From: Seison nebaliae
Taxonomy: Eukaryota
Direction of reading: 5' to 3'
Assembly: GCA_023231475.1 (NCBI GenBank)
Contig: JALJEE010002436.1
Coordinates: 186,001 to 250,000 of the forward strand
Length of the DNA stretch: 64,000 nt
This document shows, piece by piece, positions 43,445-56,261 of this stretch (its first letter is position 1; each line of letters begins with the position of its first letter). The notes below the pieces were generated by a model, which worked only from the letters and a program-made list of their open reading frames with translations, did not search any database and had not been told where the DNA came from. The translations under genes and the position numbers were made by a program.

Positions 43445-45987
43445 CTATTCCATTTCGACTGGTTTTTCAGTGGAGAAATCAATTTCAGAATTCTTTTCAC
43501 GATATGCCGAAACTATATCATCCACAAACGGTTCATTCTATCAATTTAGAAACGAAATTTAATTTAATATTGAATAATAAGTCCTAACGAAGAGAACACT
43601 TTTCTTCATTTTTAATAATCGATTACAATTTCTCCAAAGTCTCAATTGTTTACTGCCGTCCAAATCCGCATTTTTTATCGCTTCTTGTTTATCCCGATAA
43701 TCTCTGTTTCTCACCGTCTGTTCTTTCACTCGATGTTCCAATTCCATTCTGAATGTTTTTTGAAAACAATTAAATTTAATTATTAAATTTCAATAATTTA
43801 TTAAATAACAAATATGATTTATCGCCAGAAATTTTCGATTCTTCATCCATTTTCTCAATTTTCAAATTCATCAATCGTAATTCACTTAACATGAAAAAAT
43901 ATTTAGATTCATCTGAATGACAATGTGCTCTTAATTCTTTCACTTCCTATAATTATTGTGTATTAGATTTGAAAGGAAATTAATTAACAGATTGTAGCGC
44001 TTCTCGATTAGAGCCGAAACCGGCTTCGGTCGCTTCGAATTTAGCGAGTTGTCGATCTAAATTCTCTTTTAATCCCTTTAACAAAATTACTATTTTTCAG
44101 ATAGAAGTTTAGCCAACTTGAGCTTTGACTCTCAATGGTTTTACCTTTTGAATAAGAGGAGCTAATTCTCTTTGTTTGAAAGCGATTTCTCCTTCAATTC
44201 TATTAATCTCAATCGATTTCTCACTTTTCTCCTTCTCCTAATTCATTAAGAGAAAATGAAATATAAAGTTAATTAGAAAATGGAACTTTTTCCGTTTCTA
44301 AAACGGATTTCGTCGTTCGAGGTGGACCGATGTTCATATCTCTCTGCAAATTGTCTTGTTCAGATTCGGACTATAAAATTATTTAGTTAATTATCATTAA
44401 TCATTGAAATTAAAGAGAACTAATTGTATTTTTCTTTCTTCGATTTGTTTCCTTAAAATTTCTTCGGTTCGACGAAGAACACCCAATTCGGCTTCTACCT
44501 CTTGCATTTCCGCTTTCCGCCTTTTATATCCATTTTTCTTACTCTTCAACTTATTCTGATATCGATTATACTATTTCCATAAAATGATTATAAAAAATAT
44601 TTTAAAATTATTAAGGAACTTCATCTTCGGTGGGAATATAATCAGCAGCAAAATTACTTTGATCATTTCCACGTTTCATATATTGCATCACTTTCCATTG
44701 TAATCCATTCAATTCTTCCGCTTTCTTCTCTTTCTCTTCTGCCAACTTCTTCGCCTGTTGACGGAAAACGGCCAAATTCTCTTTCACCGATTCTTGATGG
44801 TCACCATCCAAATTCCTCTCCAACATCTTATTAATTTCATCATTAGCTGATTTTATCTTTAATTTAATAATTATTTTTTTAAAGTTCAAATTTGTAATAA
44901 CTTTTCCACGTAGATCACTTAGTTGACGATTACCAAAGTTTTGGTTTGTGTCTAATTCCTTAATATTACTCAACTTCCTTTGGAGACCACGAATTTCCTT
45001 CACATATTTCTCTTGTGCCAAATATCGATTCATCTTCAATTCCTCCTCGATCTTTTTTATTAAATCTATTTTCAAATTTTCAAAACTTTCCGATCATAAT
45101 CAAAACAAAAACCTGCACCATCATAATTCGTATCCGTTCGACGTTTTTGATCGATCTGAGTTTTTAATCTTTCTTTCTTTTTCTCTAAACTCGTCAATGT
45201 TTGATTATGTTTACTATCAAAAAATTAAAAGTAGTTGGGAATTAGAAAAAATTGAAACTTTTTCAAATCAATCACTTCTTTATATCTTTCCATTTCCGTT
45301 CGATATTGACTGGCAAAAGGTAACATATCTTCTCCTCCGTTCATGTTTCCCACTTTCGACTTTAATTGTTCAACACCTTTCGTCAACATCTCCTTCTCAT
45401 CTTCCATTTCTTTAATGTCATTTCGTAATTCATCGGTTGTATGTTGTGTGATCATCATCGCATCATATTGTTTATGGATATCGATGAAATTGTCACGCAT
45501 TTCTTTATAATTATTATTTGCTTCAATTATTCGAGGATCATTTTCGAATTCTGGAGGTATCTCAACTTTCATAAGAAATTTGGCAAGATATGCTCGTCTT
45601 TTATGTTGAGGAAGTCGATCTAAACACCAAACAAGAATAGGATGAATGACTGAACGATCGCCTATTACGAATTGTTGTCGAAATTGCGATCTAATAATAA
45701 TTAAAGCTCAATATCTGGGAAATTAAAATTAACAATTGCTCATTGGAATATCCTTGTTTGGGTTGGTAGTTAAGTACTCGAAGAAAGTTGAACATTCTCA
45801 CTGCTGTTTGTTCCGGTGTCTCTTCTTTGATATTCGCTTTCTGTTTCTCATCAATTTCAGTGAAAACATCGTTCAATAATTGCAACAACTGAGTGTTATT
45901 CAATGATTCAAAATTGAGAACGTTGAAATTTTTCTTGAATGGTTCAGCATTCAGTTTACTAATAATATGGACTGAAGTATCCGTCAT
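43445..45987 (-). CDS. IFT81: Intraflagellar transport protein 81 (multi-exon)
   Basis: LNAEPFKKNFNVLNFESL..QLLQLLNDV, EQTAVRM..FLRVLNY, RAYLAKFL, C-terminal KQLRLW; coiled-coil body. Confidence 0.92.
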
Positions 45988-46084
45988 AATTTAAGACTGA
46001 TTTCAAAAGTTGATACTATTTTTGATGGTTCTCGTCAATATCGGTAAATTTTTTTAAATTCTTTTTAATAAAAAGAAATTATTC

Positions 46085-46098
46085 GTCACCATAGCAAC
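46085..46098. promoter_or_regulatory. RFX X-box upstream of IFT81
   Basis: GTCACCATAGCAAC about 100 bp upstream of the ATG of a ciliary gene. Confidence 0.8.
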
Positions 46099-46258
46099 AG
46101 GGAGGAAAGTCAAATCAATGATCATAAAAGTTAGCAACATTATTGTTTTTGTACTTTCGAATATAAAGCTATTGTCCATATACTAATTTTTATTAAATTT
46201 ATATATGATTATATATGATATGATATTTATACTTTCAAATTTAGATTAATTAAATGTA

Positions 46259-46350
46259 ACAAGGGAACATCATCCAATTAATAGTGGCCGATTAAAAAAA
46301 ATGCACCAAAAAATGCACAAAATGCTTTTTCACTGAAAGAAAAATTTTTT
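46259..46350 (+). repeat. Truncated copy of the repeat at 47901
   Basis: ACAAGGGAACATCAT...ATAGTGGYCGAT...GCACCAAAA shared with 47901-47980; 46307-46350 also resembles the reverse complement of 48101-48141. Confidence 0.7.
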
Positions 46351-46452
46351 TCAATCTTATTTCTAATTTTTTCAGTTAAAGAACTTCTAATTTGATTATT
46401 AACCACTAAACTGCGATCTGAGATATGAAACTATAAAATGAAAAAATAATCA

Positions 46453-47805
46453 TTAAGGCTCTTCAAGTAAAACACTAGTAATTTTTTCATCCTTTAATCT
46501 TATTGAAAAGGTTTCGATATCATTAATATAGGATGAAAAGTGATCGTTCATGATTATCCATCTGTCATTTCTTTCCACAACTGCAAACATTTTGGAAGAA
46601 GTATTTGCTTGTTCCAATCGTGGACCACGTAGTGCAAATCGACAAATTATCTTCAAAATACTTTGAAACATCTCAGAACTCAATAGCTGATCAAGATTTG
46701 GTATATCTCTATGTAGTTTATCTATGATTTCAGCTTTCATGTCAGATGCACATGGCTCAGTTAATTGTCTCTCTCCATCGATAGGTTTCATGTATTTATC
46801 TCGAATATTACCAAATGTATTTGTGAATTCTTTACCTATAAATACAGCTACTGATTTTAAACGATATTCTTTATTAATTCCATTCACCAAAAATGGATAC
46901 ATGTTGGCTTCCCTTTTTAAAAGAGGAAAAGACATTAATTGCTCATAATAAGAGACTCTAATATCGTCGAACATATCTTGCGGGTATCCTTCGGGTTTAT
47001 ATACGGCAAATTTTTTGGTTAAGTTTACATATACTCCCGGATTTATTCTAACTTTATGGGTAAACGGAAAATTTAACACTATCAATTTTGGGCGAATTTT
47101 CTTGGTGGTTAGCTTTGTGTCCAAATCTTTTAATGCATTTGGGCATAAATCATTCCCATAAGCTCGTTGGAACGCTTTTGAAACAGCTGGATTAAGCGAT
47201 ACTGTCATTGTAGATACGTGCAAATTCAACATTTTAATTTTTGGAAACCAAGTGTATGAAAATTCGGAAGTCACTCCGTTTCTCATAGTTGGAGGTTCAG
47301 CAGAAAAATTTTCCAATAATAAATCTGATATTAATGTATTCCATCTAAGATAGGATTCTGGGTTTCTATCTTCAGTATTACGTATAATTCTGGTACAAAA
47401 CATTCGACTGTTAATTGATGCATATAGAATTGCATTTTGTACTGCTTTTGTCAGAAGATAATCTCCTGCTGCTCCGATTGGAGAATGTCTACCTTTATTA
47501 TCATATGTTTCACAAATTCGTTGAATTAGCACATCAGGTCCAATGATAGAACTACAAAGTATTCTTTGTACATCTTCGATTGCATAATTTATTGGTGTAC
47601 TACATTTTTTTTCTCTACATCTTATATATTGCATTAGATTAGCACTGGAAGTAATCATTGCTAATAAAACATTTGTAGCACAAACTTGCAAATCGGGAGC
47701 GTTATAAAATCCCCTCACTTTCTTCATACTATTAATACCCAAATAATTTAGTAAATTCGAACGTTGGGGAGCTGTATGCAGAGCAAAATCTTGTGGTAAA
47801 TCCAT
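46453..47805 (-). CDS. Intronless, divergent USP (peptidase C19)-fold protein, probable pseudo-deubiquitinase
   Basis: Cys-box-like RGFYN...VCATNVLLAM, PKLIVLNF, YRLKSVAVFIG, His-box-like SKMFAVVE...WIIMND. Confidence 0.6.
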   Translation of the reverse strand: MDLPQDFALHTAPQRSNLLNYLGINSMKKVRGFYNAPDLQVCATNVLLAMITSSANLMQYIRCREKKCSTPINYAIEDVQRILCSSIIGPDVLIQRICETYDNKGRHSPIGAAGDYLLTKAVQNAILYASINSRMFCTRIIRNTEDRNPESYLRWNTLISDLLLENFSAEPPTMRNGVTSEFSYTWFPKIKMLNLHVSTMTVSLNPAVSKAFQRAYGNDLCPNALKDLDTKLTTKKIRPKLIVLNFPFTHKVRINPGVYVNLTKKFAVYKPEGYPQDMFDDIRVSYYEQLMSFPLLKREANMYPFLVNGINKEYRLKSVAVFIGKEFTNTFGNIRDKYMKPIDGERQLTEPCASDMKAEIIDKLHRDIPNLDQLLSSEMFQSILKIICRFALRGPRLEQANTSSKMFAVVERNDRWIIMNDHFSSYINDIETFSIRLKDEKITSVLLEEP

Positions 47806-47900
47806 TATAGAACTGTTGAGAAATGAAATTAAAACTAAAATTAAATTAAAAATTTTCTTTCGATTATTCTTATTTACTAATTATATATTATATATACTTT

Positions 47901-48206
47901 ACAAGGGAACATCATTCACTTCATAGTGGTCGATCAAGAAAAGGCACCAAAAGTGGATCATTATTTTTCCACGAAGGAAATTATACGAAAGCACAAATAA
48001 GTGCACTGATTTAATTATTTATATGGTTAATTAGAAGAAAAGCTTACGACAAACGTCGAAATAATTAAATCAGTGCACTTATTTGGGCACGTACGTCCAA
48101 AAAAATTATTTCCTTCTGTGAAAAATCATTGTGCATTTTTGACCAAACATTTTTGACCTGCATATTAAATTCAAATTTCAATTATCCCGATGATTTTTTA
48201 ACTTGT
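47901..48206. mobile_element. Degenerate foldback/MITE-like element
   Basis: 30-bp inverted arms 47991-48020 and 48059-48088 (1 mismatch) plus weaker outer symmetry; right boundary uncertain. Confidence 0.55.
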
Positions 48207-48859
48207 CTGAAATTAACTTACAAAAACTTTTTTTTCAATTTACAACACTTATGAGTTTTATATGGCTCAGTTGGTTCTTATCAAACTTTTAGGGATCGAT
48301 CTAAAATCTAAAAGTACTAGTTTAATCATTTCATTTAAATGAATCATTTCAAATGTCAAATCATATTCAATTATATTGGAGTTCACTTATTCCATATGAA
48401 AATGTTTCATTTTCTATTTGACTATATCATTGACATGACTAATAACAATAATGTATGTTATAAAAATATATATATGACATAATAGCGACATTTCAAGTTC
48501 GGTTCATTTTTGTACGAATCCAAATATTTGTTTAACCAGTTTAAGTTAAAACTTTTTTTTCCTACTAATTGTTATGGTTTTTATGTTTATTAATAATTGA
48601 ACTATTTGAACTTAATTTGATTTGAAGTAATAATAATTACGTTAGATAAACTCTCATTTGTTAACACAAGATTAACAAGATTATTAATAACAGAATTTAT
48701 TTGTCTTTTGAATAAGGAACGTTCGATGAGAAGTTTATTACAAATATTTGTTAATACATTTACTGACTGTTTCATTAGTATCCATAAAATCGGTATTAAC
48801 TTAAAAAGGCTGAATATATTCTTGGAAAACTTGAAAAGGTTTTTTTAAAAAAAAAAAGG

Positions 48860-49546
48860 ATGTTCATGTTTCGGTTCGTATTATTTCCACTTCTCGTAAT
48901 ATTAACTAGTCAAGAGAATATTATTTATAAACGAAATAATAAGTTCCATAGAAAAAATATGGTTAAAGATTTGCAACATAGTGTGGAATGTGCTAACGGT
49001 CCCAAATGTTCAGGAATTTATGCCGATGGTTCAAAATGTACAGATAATTGTGAAGAGGCGTATTTAACCGAAAATATGTTCTCAAAAAGTTGTTCAGGTG
49101 ACCAAATCGTGGGTGTGGGATCCATATTTTTAAAATTTGTAGATCCTTTTAAATTTTTTGGGAGAACATGGGAAGAATTCAAATGTGGAATGTATATTGA
49201 TTCTAACAACTTTTATGTAGGAAACGAATATCTCTCTAAATTAACAAATCACCAAAAAATAGAAGCAACATTAAAATATGGGTCAATGGAATATTCGATG
49301 ATAGACTGGGTTCTTACACCAGAAAAGATGTTTTATAGAAACAATTATAGCTCTTTTTACTCAACCGGTAGTACGCATAAACCACTGCACATATTCAAAG
49401 GCGAAAAATTCAGAATAAAAAATGTGTTCAATGTTGACAATTGTGATGAAAAAGGCGTATATGGATTTTGGTTTCGGAACTGTGATTTATCTGAACCACT
49501 TACATTAAAACTACAGCCTATCAGGCACATGAATGGTGTCGGATGA
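48860..49546 (+). CDS. Secreted, divergent fibrinogen-related-domain-like protein, intronless
   Basis: Signal peptide; FGRTWEEFKCG...FYVGNEYLSKLT and NC....YGFWFRNC resemble FReD motifs. Confidence 0.55.
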   Translation: MFMFRFVLFPLLVILTSQENIIYKRNNKFHRKNMVKDLQHSVECANGPKCSGIYADGSKCTDNCEEAYLTENMFSKSCSGDQIVGVGSIFLKFVDPFKFFGRTWEEFKCGMYIDSNNFYVGNEYLSKLTNHQKIEATLKYGSMEYSMIDWVLTPEKMFYRNNYSSFYSTGSTHKPLHIFKGEKFRIKNVFNVDNCDEKGVYGFWFRNCDLSEPLTLKLQPIRHMNGVG

Positions 49547-50089
49547 AACCATACGAAAGTAGGAACATTTGGAAGAAAATAATTTCTTGCATGCTAAGTT
49601 ATTTAAATTATAATTTCTTTTACTGATTATGTTTAATTTTCTTTTTTAACAATAGTCTATTTCAATCGTTTTCTTTAACAAAACAGGGAATATTAATAGA
49701 TTAACTATTATAAATTGTTTGTTTCTAAACTGGTAAAATTATTCAACATTAATTTTTTTTTCAATTATTGAAATTTATAGACAAGAGATCTCACGTAAAC
49801 ATTTTATAAAATTAACATTTTAAAACTTAAAAATTATATAGTAAAAAACAAACTGTTAAATGTTGTATTAATATATATATATATTGAATTCAATATTGAA
49901 TGAAAATTTCTTACTGATTTACAGAAGTTGTTTCGAGGACAATTTTAACTGTTAGATGTTTATAACTTCGATTTTTTCCGGAATAGAATTTTAATTAATT
50001 CCTTAGAAATTCCTAGAAACTGTAAAACAAAATAATAATTTTCTTCTTGAAAATAGGTTAGGAATAAGGAAAGAGAAGTGAAAGAGTTT

Positions 50090-50139
50090 GTTGTTAAGAC
50101 AACAAAATTTGTAGTTGTTGAAATTGTTGATATGGTAAC
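50090..50139. promoter_or_regulatory. Two RFX X-box-like motifs upstream of CFAP77
   Basis: GTTGTTAAGACAAC (50090-50103) and GTTGATATGGTAAC (50126-50139). Confidence 0.65.
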
Positions 50140-50280
50140 TAATTATTAAACAAAGATTTTACATGTCTCCTTAAACATTCAATAACTTCACAAAAACGCA
50201 TTAAAAAGAACTTTAGGGAACATCGAGAAGTTTTTTGTTTAAATAATTTAAACAAACACCTTTTCTTACTCGAAATCGAA

Positions 50281-51412
50281 ATGAATATAACATACTCAAT
50301 CGAGGATGGTAATGAGAAGATACGGAATAAACCGACTTTATCTTCAAAAGCTTTTCATCGATTTGATCAATTTGATAAAACAAAGACGGGTAGATTAGGA
50401 TGTAAGAGAGATAGTATGTTACGAAATATGTTACTTCAAAAAAGTGAATTGGCTAAAACTAGAAATCATGGATATCCGCTACCTGACAAAAATTTAACTT
50501 ATGGTCACAAGAATATTAGGCGAGATGGAGGTGTACCAGAAGCATTAACTTTCTGTACGAGAAGTAAAACGTCATAGTTAGAATTCTCTTTAGAAATTGT
50601 TCTCTTCTACTTTTTCAGTAATTTAAATGACTTGAACCAGAACAGAACTGGAATAAATGAAGCGAATGAAAGTAAAATATTAACCGAATTCGATGGTCTT
50701 GTTCCTCAACGACCGAATCGTAGAAGTCATTCAAAATCAGCATTTTATGCTCGAGATTACGAAAAATTAAATAAAGATGCTATTCTTAACGGATTGGTGA
50801 CGGCGAAAGAACATAATAGATATCGTCAATTATACGACGCTGAACGTCCAATAAACGCCAAGAAACACAAAAATAATGATAAGTCGAAATTAAATAATAA
50901 GCAACTTCAATTCCCCATCGATATGGTATTTGGTCAACCATCTAAGTTCATTTTTTCATTATCGTTCGAATGTTTTTATCATCTTTATGATTTTCTTTTT
51001 TTCAGAGAAGCTGTTCCATTTCCTGAGATTATACAACAGAAATATGGTCGAGATTGGATAGAGAAAGAAGAACAAAATAGTTATACAAAATGTCCATTAC
51101 ATTCATCAACTAATTCAATGAGAAATAAAAATGTTATTTATATTTGTGATTTGATTGTTCTCAATTCTCTTTTAGAACTCAAATTCAGCCATTGCCGTTA
51201 ATCATACGAAAGCATCATTTATTCGTCAGCATCGTTTAGAAGTGAAAGACGAAGAACTGAAGCGAATGAAAAAATTCTTAAATGCAAAACCGTCAGTCAG
51301 TTCATTTCGTAATGCTGGTGATCGACATCGTGCTTTCACCGCACATCATTCTGATGGACATGCTAGATTGGGATTACAACATCAAGGAATCTATGATGTA
51401 ATTCGAACATAA
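50281..51412 (+). CDS. CFAP77: Cilia- and flagella-associated protein 77 (multi-exon)
   Basis: RLGCKRDSM, GYPLP...TYG..NIRRDGGVPEAL, RDYEKLNKDAILNGLVTAKE, terminal GLQHQGIY. Confidence 0.8.
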
Positions 51413-51729
51413 ACTGTCATTATATGAAAATTAATTTTTGAATTTCTACTGAAAATAAATTTAATGAAACAAAAATAAACAAAAATGGTGAGAAAATAAA
51501 ATTATTCATCTTTTTAGAAAAGTTTTATCGTTAACAATTCTATTAATGATAAAGAAATAATGATAAAAGTTAATTATTTAATAATTTCATGTTTAAAAAT
51601 TGAATTATGAAGATAAACAGATTAACTAAGGAAATTGATCAAATTGAATTTTCAATTTTTTCTTTTCATTTTTTTCATGTTTCGTTCTCAACAAAATTTT
51701 TTCCTTATGCTTTAATTGAATGTTGACGA

Positions 51730-53736
51730 ATGATGAATTGCCTATCCGATTTCGGTAGTTGTTGTGCCAATTTTTTCAAGAGTTCACCATCTGGTAAATC
51801 AGTCAAGCGAACGTTGAGTATTCCATCGATAACTGTATCTACTCCGAAAGTTAATACGAATTTGCGTAGTGTTTTAAAGGAGAAAACTGCGACGAATAGT
51901 CGGTCATCAGAACCGTCATTAGTTTCCCTCCATCAGAAGAGTCATGCCAATATCTTCAAAGCCTTGTATACGACAGAAGCATCGCAGATTGAGCAACAAG
52001 GTATACTGAAAGAAAGTCCGACGATTAGAGGAACAGATTTAAGCCCAGAAACATTGGAAAAGGAACGAGAAGAATTTGAAAAAATTCTAAAAACCGATAC
52101 TGTCCCAGTAGTAAGAACATTTAAAAAAGACGAAGTGGTGAAAGAGAAATCATTAACGAACAATGGATTCATAATGGAAGACGAAGCGATAGTGGACAAC
52201 AACCATTTTATGTATGCTGTATCATCGACGGAATTAAATCGTAATCGATTTTCTCATCGACGATCATTCCTGGATAAATCATTGAAATTCATGGAAAAGG
52301 TTGAGGAGGAACAATTGCATGAGATGGATAATACAAATATGATCTTTGTCAAATTGAAATCGACAACTCAAGTTAACCAAATGCCATTGAATACCACAAA
52401 CGTCTATTATTTGGCGACGAATATTACGAAACATCATTTCCTCAGTAGTTTCACTCTTAATCATTCCGATGTGGAATTCACGACAGAAGGACGTCATGTC
52501 CATTTTTCTTATCCGTTAGAGAATGTCGGTCTCAATAATACCATCAACAGTTCCTTTAATCATATTTCGAATGTTTCCAATTTCTTATCGATGCGTGAAA
52601 AAGTCACCATTCTCAATTCAATCATGGAGAACGAAGAGAACAAGAAGATTTTATTGAGTCACGGAGTAGTTTGCGGGAGAGTCATTTATAAGTCATTTCA
52701 CGAATCGTCCTCGGGGTGCCAAGATCCAGATATGGAGTACCCGAGCGATTCCAACCTACGTGAAATGCAATTTATACGGAAAGGCGCTCATCCCCAAAGA
52801 AAGATTCTGCTAATACGACCCAGTTTATGTCTATATGGAATTTGTGATCTGAAATTGAAGAGTATTTATCATCTCATCAAAGTGAACAAAAGTAAAAGTT
52901 GTCCAGAAATTGTCATTTATAAATCGAAGAAAGATGGGAAGAAGCAACCAATGTCGTTTCCGAAAATTGTACTACCCGAAAATGAAACTGATGAATCATT
53001 TGAGAGAAATGATCCGAGGAAATTAATCAAAACCATTTTCGATGATCGAAAAACAAATAAACGTCTCTTTGCTAAACATAAGACTCTAAGAGCGATTTCT
53101 GCTTTAGCATCTCCAAAACACAAGAAACTCCAGAAGAAAATGGAGAATATTAATATCGAATGTAATCAAGATAATGGAATTATCATTTTACCGTTTAAAA
53201 CGTCAAGTATGACGAATTTGAGAAGGTTCGATGATTTTGAAAAAAGAACGCCAAAGGTTGAAGTGAAACATAAGGAATCATTTCTAAATCAATTGGGAAA
53301 ACGGAAAAAGAGATTTATGAAACCGAAGAAGAAGAAGAACCATGATGCAGGTGACAAAATGACGATCGCTACAATGAGTGCCTTACAAAGTATATTGTCC
53401 GATCCCGAATCTCAGGATAGGATTAGACTGTTGAAAGGTATATTCGATATTGAACGTTTCGCTGTGAACAATGCGAAGACACGGAATGAACTCACGAAAT
53501 TTATGGGCGGTCGTTTGTCTCGAAGTATGAGTTATCTAGACGATATTCAGGTGGATATCCTTCAATCGGATCAAGTGAAAGAACAAACGATCAATTTCCA
53601 AAATCATAAAAAACCATTCAATTGGAATTCGACTGAAGACGCTTCAGATAAAAAATCTTTTCGTTATTATGCTGATGTTGATGAAATTCAGGAATTGGAC
53701 GATAATTTTTTTGTTCGAAACATTCCTTCTATCTGA
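51730..53736 (+). CDS. Uncharacterised intronless protein
   Basis: 668-aa ORF with no domain I recognise; N-terminal Cys cluster. Confidence 0.7.
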   Translation: MMNCLSDFGSCCANFFKSSPSGKSVKRTLSIPSITVSTPKVNTNLRSVLKEKTATNSRSSEPSLVSLHQKSHANIFKALYTTEASQIEQQGILKESPTIRGTDLSPETLEKEREEFEKILKTDTVPVVRTFKKDEVVKEKSLTNNGFIMEDEAIVDNNHFMYAVSSTELNRNRFSHRRSFLDKSLKFMEKVEEEQLHEMDNTNMIFVKLKSTTQVNQMPLNTTNVYYLATNITKHHFLSSFTLNHSDVEFTTEGRHVHFSYPLENVGLNNTINSSFNHISNVSNFLSMREKVTILNSIMENEENKKILLSHGVVCGRVIYKSFHESSSGCQDPDMEYPSDSNLREMQFIRKGAHPQRKILLIRPSLCLYGICDLKLKSIYHLIKVNKSKSCPEIVIYKSKKDGKKQPMSFPKIVLPENETDESFERNDPRKLIKTIFDDRKTNKRLFAKHKTLRAISALASPKHKKLQKKMENINIECNQDNGIIILPFKTSSMTNLRRFDDFEKRTPKVEVKHKESFLNQLGKRKKRFMKPKKKKNHDAGDKMTIATMSALQSILSDPESQDRIRLLKGIFDIERFAVNNAKTRNELTKFMGGRLSRSMSYLDDIQVDILQSDQVKEQTINFQNHKKPFNWNSTEDASDKKSFRYYADVDEIQELDDNFFVRNIPSI

Positions 53737-53986
53737 ATAAAACTAATCGATATCTCGATATTTTTGAAACTTTTGAAATTTAAATTAAATAATTTACGAA
53801 TTTCATTTTTTTCAGAAAATGAAGAATATTAAAATTAAAATTTTATTAATGATGACTGAATGTATAAAGGAAAGAAACGAATAAGAATAAAGATGAAAGT
53901 TCGCTCACAAAACGAAGATTGATCTTATCGAACATAAATATGAGATATGAATTTCATAAAAAAGTTGTGAAAGTGTTGCAAATAAA

Positions 53987-56261
<2,275 letters not shown>

